Notes: generated from the sequence alone by a model not told the origin. A DNA stretch of 64,000 nt from Methanomassiliicoccales archaeon (GCA_013415865.1 CP058896.1:1744316-1808315), one strand, 5' to 3'. Positions 48,037 through 57,345 are shown, numbered from the stretch's first letter. Program-made: numbers and translations.

Positions 48037-48114
48037 TGTTCCCCAAATGACCTAGATCGTAGATTTATTGCAATATGTCAGGTTATTATCGTCCTTGAAC
48101 TTCTACGATACTTG

Positions 48115-50085
48115 ATGAGGGCGTCGGTCGTTCTCCTGGTCCTTATAGTGCTCACGGCCCCGAACCTGAACGACCGCCCCTCTTCCAACCTGGTCTCGGC
48201 CGAAGATACCGGCCTTTTGGAACCCGGTCTGATGTTATATGAGGTATCGCCGGCCAAACCTCTTGAGTTCATTTCCTTCATGAACGTAGGCGACAGCGCG
48301 CTTGATGCCGGTGAATATTCGGTCTCGGATGGGGAAGGCACATTGACCCTGCCAAAGGTGGCCCTCCCGCCTGGGGGCATCCTGACCATGATCAGAAGCC
48401 CCACAGATCTGCCATCTATCGCCTCGAGAGACCAGGTCTTCCTATATGAGGACCCGGCCGTCCTAAGGAAAGGGACCTTCGCCCTGGCGGACCAAGGGGA
48501 CCAAGTACTTCTGTTGCTTGGTGATCGGCCTATCGATGCGTTCTGTTATGGTGAGGCCAATGCACCCTTTGGATGGGAGGGTCCTCCATTCCATTTCATC
48601 GATAAGGCGCACATGGCACAGCGCATCGCTACAAGCACCGGCATGAGAAGCAATGATGCCTGGATATCAAGCGTCGTAGGTAGAAGTATGTACAACCCCT
48701 TCGAATGTGACGGGCTCGTGACCCCCGTCGTGCATCCTGATGATGGGAGCGAAAAGATCATCGATCTCATTCATTCCTCCAGCTCCATCGATGTCTGCAT
48801 CTATACCCTTGAAAGCATGGAGATCACCGCCGCGCTCACATCGTCAGCGGAAAGAGGGGCGAAGGTGCGCATACTCCTTGAAGGCCAACCGGTCGGTGGG
48901 ATGAGCACTTATGAGAAGCGGGCCATTGCGGAGATGGTTGCTGTGGGCGTGGGGGTATTGACCGTCAGGTCCAACGACTCGTACAGACGCTATGAGTACA
49001 TCCATTCAAAATTCGCGGTGTTCGATTCCCGCTACGTTTCGATATCTTCTGAGAATTGGGGATATGGGCTGAATAACAACCGAGGGTGGGGGGCGATCAT
49101 CGACTCGACAGCTCTGGCATCCTATATGACAGACATATTCGAGGACCTATCTGATGACCGATTTGGCGATGTCAGGAACGAACAAGGCCTAGATGCACGT
49201 CCTATTTCTCAGTTAAGACCGAGAGCACCCTTACCTAAATCAATGCCAGCATACCATGCGAACATTACGGTCATCACATCTCCCAGATCAGCCCTCGGCC
49301 CGATCACCGGCCTGCTCGATGATGCTCAAAGGATGATATTCATCGAGGCCATGAGCCTGGACCTCGAATGGTTCGAGAGGTCTGGCCTTTTGGAGGCCGT
49401 AAGGTCCTCTGCCAAGAGAGGGGTCGAGGTCAAGATCCTGTTGGGACCGATGGACCAGACCGATGACCGTACAAATTCGGTCTCAGAGATATCAAGGACA
49501 ATGGCCGGACTCCCAGTAGAATGCAAGATCATAAGCCCTTATCACAATTTTACATCCGTACATAACAAGGGGATCATAGTAGATGATGCGGTGGTCGTAT
49601 CGAGCATTAATCTCGTACCGTACGCTTTCGAGGAGAACTTCGAGGTCGGGGCGATCATCACGTCAGCTGAGCTGTCATCCATGTTCGCAAATTTCTTCCT
49701 AGAAGATTGGCAGGATGATCCAGAAGCGCCCGTGATCGTCCTCTCAGGGCAAGGGGCCGAATGGAAGGAAGGGAGACCGATAATGATAGATGCCAGCTCT
49801 TCCCACGACAACTCAGGTAGGGTCAACATCAGTTGGGACGTTGATGGTGATGGTGATTACGAGATCAAAGGGCCGATACTGTCGATAAGTCTTGGCCCTG
49901 GAGAGCACAGGGTACAGGTCAGGGCCGTCGACGGTCAAGGAAATGCGGCCTTCGTAAATTTTACATTGGTCGTGAAGAGGTCGGGTTCTGTACCTTTGTC
50001 CAAGGTCGTCCTGTCGGCCCCCACCATATGTATCTTCTCAATGCTGGCATATCGAAGCTTCCAGAAAAGGATTAAGAAGAGATAG
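48115..50085 (+). CDS. membrane-anchored extracellular phospholipase-D-family enzyme with lamin-tail-like and PKD-like domains
   Basis: Signal peptide MRASVVLLVLIVLTAP. LTD-like EFISFMNVGDSALDAGEYSVSD. Two HKD motifs, HSKFAVFD and HNKGIIVD. PKD-like WDVDGDGDYE. C-terminal TM helix plus the basic tail QKRIKKR. Confidence 0.8.
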   Translation: MRASVVLLVLIVLTAPNLNDRPSSNLVSAEDTGLLEPGLMLYEVSPAKPLEFISFMNVGDSALDAGEYSVSDGEGTLTLPKVALPPGGILTMIRSPTDLPSIASRDQVFLYEDPAVLRKGTFALADQGDQVLLLLGDRPIDAFCYGEANAPFGWEGPPFHFIDKAHMAQRIATSTGMRSNDAWISSVVGRSMYNPFECDGLVTPVVHPDDGSEKIIDLIHSSSSIDVCIYTLESMEITAALTSSAERGAKVRILLEGQPVGGMSTYEKRAIAEMVAVGVGVLTVRSNDSYRRYEYIHSKFAVFDSRYVSISSENWGYGLNNNRGWGAIIDSTALASYMTDIFEDLSDDRFGDVRNEQGLDARPISQLRPRAPLPKSMPAYHANITVITSPRSALGPITGLLDDAQRMIFIEAMSLDLEWFERSGLLEAVRSSAKRGVEVKILLGPMDQTDDRTNSVSEISRTMAGLPVECKIISPYHNFTSVHNKGIIVDDAVVVSSINLVPYAFEENFEVGAIITSAELSSMFANFFLEDWQDDPEAPVIVLSGQGAEWKEGRPIMIDASSSHDNSGRVNISWDVDGDGDYEIKGPILSISLGPGEHRVQVRAVDGQGNAAFVNFTLVVKRSGSVPLSKVVLSAPTICIFSMLAYRSFQKRIKKR

Positions 50086-50090
50086 AGTGA

Positions 50091-50534
50091 TTGCTGGCCG
50101 TGCAGGTCAGATATTTCCAGAGCAAGGACCTCGCCGAGGTCTATGACATCGCATGCAGGTCGCTCAGGGAGAATTATAATCCTAGCATATTCCTCGACCT
50201 CTCGCCCTTTTGGAAAGAGGGGTTCATCGTGCTCGAGGAGTTTGGACAGATAGTCGGTTTCATATTCGGGATATTGGTATCAAATGTCGAGGCCAGGGTC
50301 CTCATGCTGGCCGTGAGGAGCGAGGTAAGGGGGAAGGGCCTTGGCTCTTTCCTATGCACGCAGTTCGTTCAGGAATGCGTCAAGAAGGGCATAAGGGTCA
50401 TATCCTTGGAGGTCAGGCAGAGCAACCTTTCAGCCAAGAAGTTCTATGAAAAGCTGGGGTTCACGACGGTCGGTGTGATAAAAGGTTATTACTCCGATGG
50501 AGAGGATGGCATCGCGATGCAGCTGTATCTTTGA
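50091..50534 (+). CDS. GNAT N-acetyltransferase, RimI-like
   Basis: RGKGLGSFL acetyl-CoA loop and KFYEKLGF; 147 aa. Confidence 0.8.
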   Translation: MLAVQVRYFQSKDLAEVYDIACRSLRENYNPSIFLDLSPFWKEGFIVLEEFGQIVGFIFGILVSNVEARVLMLAVRSEVRGKGLGSFLCTQFVQECVKKGIRVISLEVRQSNLSAKKFYEKLGFTTVGVIKGYYSDGEDGIAMQLYL

Positions 50535-52064
50535 TCAATGGAACATATCGTCACGGTCCGCGCTCTCATTGGCAAAATAGTATTGCGACCGCTCTTTTTG
50601 TGCTTGGGATATATCGGTGGAGAGGCCCTTGACATAGGATCCATAACGCTCCTTGATCTGCTCCTCCGCCGTCATGCTGCGTTTCACGGCCTTCTCCACA
50701 TCTCCCTCGTCGATCAATCCTTTGCCCTCGAGGGCTGCAATATCCCCAGCCGCTCGGATCAACCCGCCCAGCTCTCTCAACCTCAAAGAGAGCGCACCCT
50801 CGATGCCATCGGTCCTCTTGGCCCTCTTACGGGCCTCCCTGATGACCGCCTCGATGGCACCTCGAGAGGCATGCGGGATGCGACCGTCCATGACGATCTC
50901 CTGCGCAAGGAACTGTGCCAGCTTCGCCCTGTTCAGGTCATTGTCCTTCATGGCGACGTTGACGAGCACCTCATAGCCGTTCCCATTGATCCTTGATCGT
51001 AAAGGTGAAAGCACATGTTCAAGGTCCTGGATGTTGCAGGCCCCTACGAAAATGAAATCACATGGGACAGCGTCGACCTTCACGCTCGCTCCGGAGCTCT
51101 GAGGGTTATGACCGGTGATAGGGAACGCCTTTTCCTGCATGGCCGTCAATATGAACCTTTGGAGGTTCCCGAGGTGAGGGAGTTCATCGATGAAAAGCAC
51201 ACCTTCATGTGCCTCATGGACGGCCCCGGCGACGACCCTCTCGAACGGTGGCGTCCCTAGGTTCGAGTGACCACCATAGGGGTCGTGCCTCACGTCCCCT
51301 AAGAGCTCGGCCTCAGAGGCCCCAGTGGCAAGCACGAAAGGGTTCCTGTTCAAGGGGACCAGGACCTTCCTGGGTGATAATCTCTCCAGCTCCCTTCTTT
51401 TCTCAAGGGCCTTTTGGTCGAGCATCCTTATCTTATCCCCGGCCCTCTCGAAGACCACGACCTCTTCCTTGCCAAAGATGGTCCTGGTGGTGGTGACCTT
51501 GGTCTTCCCGACCATCCCCTGGAACACGGGGGCCGATCCCATGGACTCCATAAGGCCGGACATGATGTCACCGAACGGGTTGGATTGACCTTCGGTCGCC
51601 TTGTTGCGCTCGCACTTCGGGCAGATCCTCTCCCTCGGGCTGGAATAGGTACCGCAATTGCGGCATCGGTATCCCAGCTTCTCGGCGACATTCTGGGGGG
51701 CCGCCTGAGGTTCGATCAGCTCCCCCTCGGCCGACTCCTTCGACTCCCTCTCCTGTTCGACCTCGCTGGCCTTCTTTATCTCTATCGAAGGCCTTTCCGG
51801 GTTCTCAGGATTGTGAACGACCCTGATCTCCTCTTTGGGCTTTGGAAGGTGGAGCGCAAGGGCCTGGGCTATCATCGACTTCCCTGTGCCCGGCGGACCG
51901 ACCAACAGAAGGTTCCTCCGTTGACGTGCGGCGATGCGGGCAAGGGCCACGGCCTCGTCCTGGCCTATGACCCTGGCCAACGGGTCCTTCGGTATCTCAA
52001 TGTCCGCCGTGGACTCTATCGACCGGAGGTCGACCTCCCGTTGTATGTTCACCTTACCTGTCAT
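50535..52064 (-). CDS. LonB-like AAA+ ATPase lacking a protease domain, with a Zn-ribbon insertion
   Basis: VIGQDEAV..LLLVGPPGTGKS (Walker A), GVLFIDELP (Walker B), LRSR sensor. Insertion CRNCGTYSSPRERICPKCE. The protein ends after the AAA lid, with no Ser-Lys protease domain and no TM hairpin. Confidence 0.7.
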   Translation of the reverse strand: MTGKVNIQREVDLRSIESTADIEIPKDPLARVIGQDEAVALARIAARQRRNLLLVGPPGTGKSMIAQALALHLPKPKEEIRVVHNPENPERPSIEIKKASEVEQERESKESAEGELIEPQAAPQNVAEKLGYRCRNCGTYSSPRERICPKCERNKATEGQSNPFGDIMSGLMESMGSAPVFQGMVGKTKVTTTRTIFGKEEVVVFERAGDKIRMLDQKALEKRRELERLSPRKVLVPLNRNPFVLATGASEAELLGDVRHDPYGGHSNLGTPPFERVVAGAVHEAHEGVLFIDELPHLGNLQRFILTAMQEKAFPITGHNPQSSGASVKVDAVPCDFIFVGACNIQDLEHVLSPLRSRINGNGYEVLVNVAMKDNDLNRAKLAQFLAQEIVMDGRIPHASRGAIEAVIREARKRAKRTDGIEGALSLRLRELGGLIRAAGDIAALEGKGLIDEGDVEKAVKRSMTAEEQIKERYGSYVKGLSTDISQAQKERSQYYFANESADRDDMFH

Positions 52065-52066
52065 GG

Positions 52067-53512
52067 TCAGTTCAGGTCGTCCTTTGTCCAGACCTCGATG
52101 CCCGTCGGCTGCTTGGTGATGTTGCCCATCTTGGTACCGACGATGGTGGCGATCTCCTTCTCCGCAGCGATATCTAGTATCCTCTGGGTGATGATGCCGT
52201 CGAACACGACGGAGGAGATCTTGGCGGTCTCGGCCTTAAGGGTGTTTACGAGCTCTTTCACCGCCACCTCTTTGACCTCGCCAGCATCATCGATGATCTT
52301 CGCCTTAGATGTGGTGAGGAGCTCATTGATCATGTTCTTGAACTTCTCCTGGTTCTCAGACAATTTCTTCGATGGGCGGCGCGGCTCGGGCGTCTCTATT
52401 GCACGCTCAGCACGGTCCTGCTTCTCCGCACGCTCTTCCCTGGGCTGGCGCTCAGCACGGTCCTGGCGTTCCTGTCTCTCCTTGCGCTCTGGCCGCTGCT
52501 CCATGCGCTCGGCCCTCTCCTCGCGCTGCTCTTTGGGCTGGCGCTCGGCCCGCTCCGGTCTTTCCTGTGCCTTCTCTTCCAGCTCGGCAGCGGCCCTCTC
52601 GGCCTTCTCCTGGCGCTCAAAGCGCTCCAGCCGGTCGGCCTTCTCGCTGCGCTCAGACTTTCCGTTCTGACCGTCCGTCTCGATGCCGAACATCTCGATG
52701 AACTGTTCACCAGGGATCTTGTTCCTGAGGCACTTCATTATCTGCTTCTGGGTCAGCTCTTCGACCTCATGGGCCCTTGGCGCCCTTGCGACGAAGTCCA
52801 CCTCTGCCACCTGGAACAGCTCGCGCAGTATCAGCTCCCCGCCCCTGTCACCATCGACGAAGGCTGTGACGACACGCTCCTTCGAAAGGTCGCTGATGGT
52901 CTTGGGGATGTTTGTACCTTCGACCGCAATAGCGTTCTTTATCCCAGACTTCAAAAGGTTGAGGACATCGCTCCTTCCCTCGACCACTATGATCGCATCA
53001 GAGTCCACGACATTCGGTCCTGCCGGAAGGCGGTCCTTGCCATAATAGATGATCTCCTCCACCTGAACTGATTGCCTGACGCTCTCGGTAAGGTCCACCC
53101 CCGTGGTCTTCGAGACCTTGATGAGCTCGGTCAAGAGCTCCTTCGCGCGGTCGATTATCTTAGCACGTTTCGTCACCCTCACGTCCTCTATCGACTCGAT
53201 CGCGATCTTTGCCTTGCAAGGCCCTACGCGGTCTATCGTCTCAAGTGCGGACGCGAGTATGACGGTCTCGACCTGGTCGAGACTTGAAGGTATCAATATC
53301 TCTCCTTCGGACTTGCCTTGCTTCGAGTGGACGTCGACCTCGATCCTCCCTATCCTGCCGCTCTTCTGCAGGTCCCTGAGGTCGAGCTCGTCACCCAGAA
53401 GTCCTTCGGTCTGTCCGAAGATAGCACCGACGACATCAGGCTTCTCCACGATACCGTCTGCGTTGAGCCTGGCCTTAATAAGGTACTTCGTGGTGCTTGG
53501 GTCTATGTTCAT
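52067..53512 (-). CDS. dnaG: archaeal DnaG (Toprim primase / exosome-associated protein)
   Basis: N-terminus [32 protein letters not shown] and Toprim [17 protein letters not shown]. Confidence 0.9.
   Translation of the reverse strand: MNIDPSTTKYLIKARLNADGIVEKPDVVGAIFGQTEGLLGDELDLRDLQKSGRIGRIEVDVHSKQGKSEGEILIPSSLDQVETVILASALETIDRVGPCKAKIAIESIEDVRVTKRAKIIDRAKELLTELIKVSKTTGVDLTESVRQSVQVEEIIYYGKDRLPAGPNVVDSDAIIVVEGRSDVLNLLKSGIKNAIAVEGTNIPKTISDLSKERVVTAFVDGDRGGELILRELFQVAEVDFVARAPRAHEVEELTQKQIMKCLRNKIPGEQFIEMFGIETDGQNGKSERSEKADRLERFERQEKAERAAAELEEKAQERPERAERQPKEQREERAERMEQRPERKERQERQDRAERQPREERAEKQDRAERAIETPEPRRPSKKLSENQEKFKNMINELLTTSKAKIIDDAGEVKEVAVKELVNTLKAETAKISSVVFDGIITQRILDIAAEKEIATIVGTKMGNITKQPTGIEVWTKDDLN
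52373..52660 (-). repeat. Glu/Arg/Gln-rich low-complexity repeat inside dnaG (aa about 285-380)
   Basis: [76 protein letters not shown]. At the DNA level, imperfect direct repeats such as GCGCTCAGCACGGTCCTG occur at about 52396 and 52447. Confidence 0.85.
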
Positions 53513-53884
53513 GTATACACCTCATTTCGCATATGGAAAAACGTCCTAAGTCCAATTACGCACAACAGTCCTGCATCCCGCAAGAGTTATGTTCAGTTCC
53601 CTCTGGCGGAAATCCTTTCTACGGTGCATCTCAAGTCCTTAGCTGAGATTCGTGATGGATGATAGTGAATGTGTGATATCGGAAAGCTTAGCCGCTTTTC
53701 CGGACCCTAATGGTGATAATCCTAGTTATTAATGTTTCGGTCGATACGACCGACGGAGGGGATCTGAACTAGATGGTACGAACCTTCGTTCTGTGAAAAA
53801 TCGGACCTGCGACCCCTCACCCCAGAAGTTCCAAACCATATCAATATTTATTTGTTCGAGCATTTGGATTATTCATCCAACATA

Positions 53885-55708
53885 ATGAGAGGTCGTTCAT
53901 TGTACGATCGCATGGAGAAGGTCCGCGAGCAACTTAGGAAGGGCGACATAGGTGAGAACAGGTCCTGCGAATATTATCCCTGCCATTACGACGGGCAGAA
54001 CTGTTCATTGTGCTATTGCCCCTTCTACCCATGCAACGATGAGACCCTTGGGAAGTTCGTCAGCTCAAAGAAAGGCGGTGTGGTTTGGAGCTGCGAGGAC
54101 TGTTTTTTCGTGCATAGGGGGGAGGTGGTCAAGGATCTGTTCAGAATGATTGACGCCAGGAACGGTCATGACCTATCCCATGATGAATTGATGGATCTCA
54201 AAAAGGAGCTCGAGGAGCTCCATTTCAAGAAGGCCAAGTGCGTGATGGTGATGGGCGCGACGTCGGGGGCAGGAAAATCCTTGATGGCGACGGCGCTCTG
54301 CCGACATTTCTCGGACCTGGGCTACTCGGTCTCGCCGTTCAAAGGGCAGAACATGTCCCTGAACTCGACCGTGACCAAGAGAGGGGAAGAGATCGCCCGG
54401 GCGCAGGACCTCCAGGCGAGGGCCGCAAGGACAGAGCCGCGCGCGAGGATGAACCCGATACTCCTGAAACCGGTCAAGGATGATATCTCTCAGGTCATCG
54501 TCGAGGGGAGACCTCTTAGGGACATGAACGTTGCGCAATATTATGATGGATTTGCCTTGACCGAGGGCATGAACATCATCAAAAGGAACCTGGACATCCT
54601 TTCGAGGATCTCGGACATCATCGTCATCGAAGGTGCTGGCAGTCCCGCCGAGATCAACATGTCGGACAAGGACATCACGAACATGCGCACGGCCGAGGTC
54701 GCGGGAGCGACATGTATCCTGATCGTTAACATAGAGTGGGGCGGGGCCTTCGCGTACGCATATGGAACCCTGATGCTGCTTCCAGAGCATGAACGGCGGA
54801 TGTTCAAGGGCATCATCATCACGAACCTCCATGGAAGCAAGGCGTCCCTGCGCTCTGGAGAAGAACTTTTGGAGAGAGAGACAGGGGTTCCGGTCCTGGG
54901 CGTGGTGCCTCACATCGACCTCGACCTTCCGGACGAGGATTCGATGTTCATAGGGATGAGAAGGACGAATGGCGATATCAAGGTCGGGATCATCCGCCTC
55001 CCTAGGATATCCAACTTCACAGATTTCGATTCCCTTGGCTTGTCAGGGGCCAGATTGATCTACATCACCTCACCCTCTGAGGTAGAGGAGGTCGATGCCC
55101 TCATCATACCCGGAACCAAGAACACGGTCGCCGACCTTGAATGGTTGATGGAAAGCGGCATAGGGGATGCCCTGCTGGAGCAGGTCGGACGGAAACCTTT
55201 GCTCGGGGTCTGTGGGGGTTACCAGATGATGGGGACGGTTATCGACGATCCCTATGGCATCGAGGGAGGGAGACCTGGAACATATAAAGGCCTAGGGCTG
55301 CTGCCTCTCAGGACCGTGTTCGACCGCCGGGATAAGAGGACCGTGCAGGTGACAGGCTCACTTCTTCCGGAAAAGGTCGGTCGGGTCAGGGGATATGAGA
55401 TACACATGGGGATATCGGAGCGCGGCGATTGTCAGGCATTGTTCGAGCTCGATTCACCTGATGGAGGCGTCCCTGAAGGTTGCGTCGCATATGACGGGAT
55501 GGTCATGGGCACCTACCTGCATGGCCTTTTCGACCTTCCCGCCTTCAGGGAGCGGTTTCTTTCCCTGGCAAAGAAGGGAGAGAAGACCGATATGCTGGAA
55601 GAGGACCATGAAGCAACGGTCGAGAGGAGCCTGGACCTCCTAGCGCGGACGCTGGAAGAAAATGTGGACCTTGACCTTCTTCACAAGGAGATGGGGGTGA
55701 CAAGGTGA
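53885..55708 (+). CDS. cobQ: cobyric acid synthase with an N-terminal cysteine-rich small domain
   Basis: N-terminus CEYYPCHYDGQNCSLCYCPFYPC..CEDC. ATPase domain MGATSGAGKS..PFKGQNMSLNS..MNPILLKP. Glutaminase domain LLGVCGGYQMMG..YLHGLF. The ORF track starts at TTG 53852. Confidence 0.9.
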   Translation: MRGRSLYDRMEKVREQLRKGDIGENRSCEYYPCHYDGQNCSLCYCPFYPCNDETLGKFVSSKKGGVVWSCEDCFFVHRGEVVKDLFRMIDARNGHDLSHDELMDLKKELEELHFKKAKCVMVMGATSGAGKSLMATALCRHFSDLGYSVSPFKGQNMSLNSTVTKRGEEIARAQDLQARAARTEPRARMNPILLKPVKDDISQVIVEGRPLRDMNVAQYYDGFALTEGMNIIKRNLDILSRISDIIVIEGAGSPAEINMSDKDITNMRTAEVAGATCILIVNIEWGGAFAYAYGTLMLLPEHERRMFKGIIITNLHGSKASLRSGEELLERETGVPVLGVVPHIDLDLPDEDSMFIGMRRTNGDIKVGIIRLPRISNFTDFDSLGLSGARLIYITSPSEVEEVDALIIPGTKNTVADLEWLMESGIGDALLEQVGRKPLLGVCGGYQMMGTVIDDPYGIEGGRPGTYKGLGLLPLRTVFDRRDKRTVQVTGSLLPEKVGRVRGYEIHMGISERGDCQALFELDSPDGGVPEGCVAYDGMVMGTYLHGLFDLPAFRERFLSLAKKGEKTDMLEEDHEATVERSLDLLARTLEENVDLDLLHKEMGVTR

Positions 55709-56553
55709 AGGGCAACATCATGTTCCAGGCGACATCTTCAAGCGCTGGCAAGAGCACTCTCACCGCCGGTCTCTGCAGATTGCTGGCCCGTAAAGGCGTA
55801 TCTGTGGCGCCCTTCAAGGCACAGAACCTTTCTCTGAACTCCTTCGTGACCGTCGATGGAGGTGAGATAGGTATATCCCAGGCACATCAGGCATGGGCAT
55901 GCGGGACCGAGCCGCATGTGGACATGAACCCGGTCCTGTTGAAGCCAAAGGGCAGGTCGGGCATGCAGGTCATCGTCAATGGGAGACCATATAAAGAGAT
56001 AGGCCCCGACGGTGAGAAGGTCGAGACGGACGAGCTTATAAAGGCCGTCAAGGAGGCCTATTCCCGCCTCATTTCAAGGTACGATGTGATCGTGATCGAG
56101 GGCTCGGGATCGCCGGCAGAGGTCAACCTAAGGGGGAGGGACATCGCGAACATGACCACGGCCAGGATCACCTCTGCTCCGGTGATATTGGTCGGCGACA
56201 TCGACAAGGGCGGCGTGTTCGCCGGCCTTTTCGGCACCTACAGCCTGCTCTCTGAGGATGAGAAGCGAATGGTGAAAGGATTTATCATCAACAGGTTCAG
56301 GGGAGACGCGTCGATCCTCAAGAAAGGCGTCGATGAGCTGGAACGAAGGCTTTCCTGTCCTTGCCTCGGCATCATGCCCTACCTGAGGCTCAACGTTCCC
56401 GCCGAGGACAGCATGGAGCTCGGGAAGAGCGGTCCCATGTCCTCTGAGGGGGATGTCCGGGATTCCTGGTCAAGGTCCCTTGACCTGCTCGCTGATGAGA
56501 TGGCCCGTTCATTGGACATCGGTAAGATAGAGAACTTGATCGCAAAAGGATAA
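55705..56553 (+). CDS. CobQ-like ATPase-domain-only paralogue (no glutaminase domain)
   Basis: MFQATSSSAGKS..PFKAQNLSLNS..MNPVLLKPKG..VIEGSGSPAE, but it ends at 282 aa. GTG 55705 overlaps the cobQ stop (GTGA). Confidence 0.75.
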   Translation: MKGNIMFQATSSSAGKSTLTAGLCRLLARKGVSVAPFKAQNLSLNSFVTVDGGEIGISQAHQAWACGTEPHVDMNPVLLKPKGRSGMQVIVNGRPYKEIGPDGEKVETDELIKAVKEAYSRLISRYDVIVIEGSGSPAEVNLRGRDIANMTTARITSAPVILVGDIDKGGVFAGLFGTYSLLSEDEKRMVKGFIINRFRGDASILKKGVDELERRLSCPCLGIMPYLRLNVPAEDSMELGKSGPMSSEGDVRDSWSRSLDLLADEMARSLDIGKIENLIAKG

Positions 56554-56558
56554 GGCCT

Positions 56559-56759
56559 TCAACCACCAGATGCGACCTTGATGACCCTCAGTTCCTCTGA
56601 GTCGACCAATCTCTCCGTTATAGGGACCGGCACCTTGCCCCTCAGGACGATGTGGGCATCTGGATAAAGTCCCATCTTCCTCAAGAGGTCCTCCACTGTC
56701 GAACCATCGGCCAGCTCGTACGTCGTGACCGTCCTGTTGAAATTGACGCTCACTTTCAA
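56559..56759 (-). CDS. ThiS/MoaD/SAMP-type ubiquitin-like small protein
   Basis: 66 aa, beta-grasp-like, with a C-terminal diglycine ...KVASGG-stop. Confidence 0.7.
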   Translation of the reverse strand: MKVSVNFNRTVTTYELADGSTVEDLLRKMGLYPDAHIVLRGKVPVPITERLVDSEELRVIKVASGG

Positions 56760-56865
56760 TTCTCAAGCCTCAGACCACCTTGAGCGATACCATCGGATTA
56801 ATACTTTGCACGGTCGAAATCTTTTTCATAGAAAATATTCAAAGGGTTTGGTCCAGCCACATTCG

Positions 56866-57267
56866 TCAAAGCTTCCCGAACCAGTTCTTGACCTTGAAGC
56901 TGTTCAGGTACAGCAGTATTACGAGCGCGATGCCGATCGATACCAGCGTCGACAACATCTCCGCGTCCGAGAAATCATCCAGGTACCAGCTGTAGACCGA
57001 GAATGCCATGCTGATTATCAGGATGACCACGCCGAACGTCCATACCCACCCCCATCCCTTGAGGCAACCTAGCCCGAATAGCAGGAACGCCAGGCCCAGG
57101 ACCGTGGAGACCGCGGCAGCGACCATTGCATCTGTATCGTCGATGCCATCGATGAACAATATCGCTCCTGCGAAAAGCCAGACAAGACCTGCAAGGAATG
57201 CCAGGACCCCGACCACCGCGACACCGATTGGGATACCTTTCTGTGCCATGGGCGACCAGATTGGCAT
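56866..57267 (-). CDS. small integral membrane protein (4 predicted TM helices)
   Basis: 133-codon ORF with four hydrophobic stretches. No family recognised. Confidence 0.5.
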   Translation of the reverse strand: MPIWSPMAQKGIPIGVAVVGVLAFLAGLVWLFAGAILFIDGIDDTDAMVAAAVSTVLGLAFLLFGLGCLKGWGWVWTFGVVILIISMAFSVYSWYLDDFSDAEMLSTLVSIGIALVILLYLNSFKVKNWFGKL

Positions 57268-57337
57268 GCTGAGTATATCCTCTTTCCCTGGATCTTTCCT
57301 ATCAGAGGATAGGTCCAGGCCGGCCGCATATCAAAAT

Positions 57338-57345
57338 AAATATAT
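57338..57345 (+). promoter_or_regulatory. putative TATA box for tRNA-Ser
   Basis: TAAATATA lies about 28 nt upstream of the tRNA 5' end. Confidence 0.4.

Noticed and set aside
51414-52670. 418-codon ORF on the plus strand spanning two genes
   Set aside because: It is antisense to the LonB-like ATPase and to the dnaG repeat region. The long open frame is explained by the Glu/Arg repeat, whose complement reads as stop-free Ser/Ala/Arg-rich sequence.
53640-53770. Possible C/D-box sRNA (GTGATGG/ATGATAG and CTGA elements) in the dnaG-cobQ spacer
   Set aside because: The box-like strings do not occur with the required C - 12 nt - D' / C' - 12 nt - D spacing, and there is no terminal stem. The similar GTGATTG...CTGA pair at 30132-30165 fails the same test.
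54173-54913. 246-codon ORF on the minus strand
   Set aside because: It is antisense to cobQ, whose ATPase motifs are clear on the plus strand. It has Arg/Asp/His/Pro-rich shadow composition.
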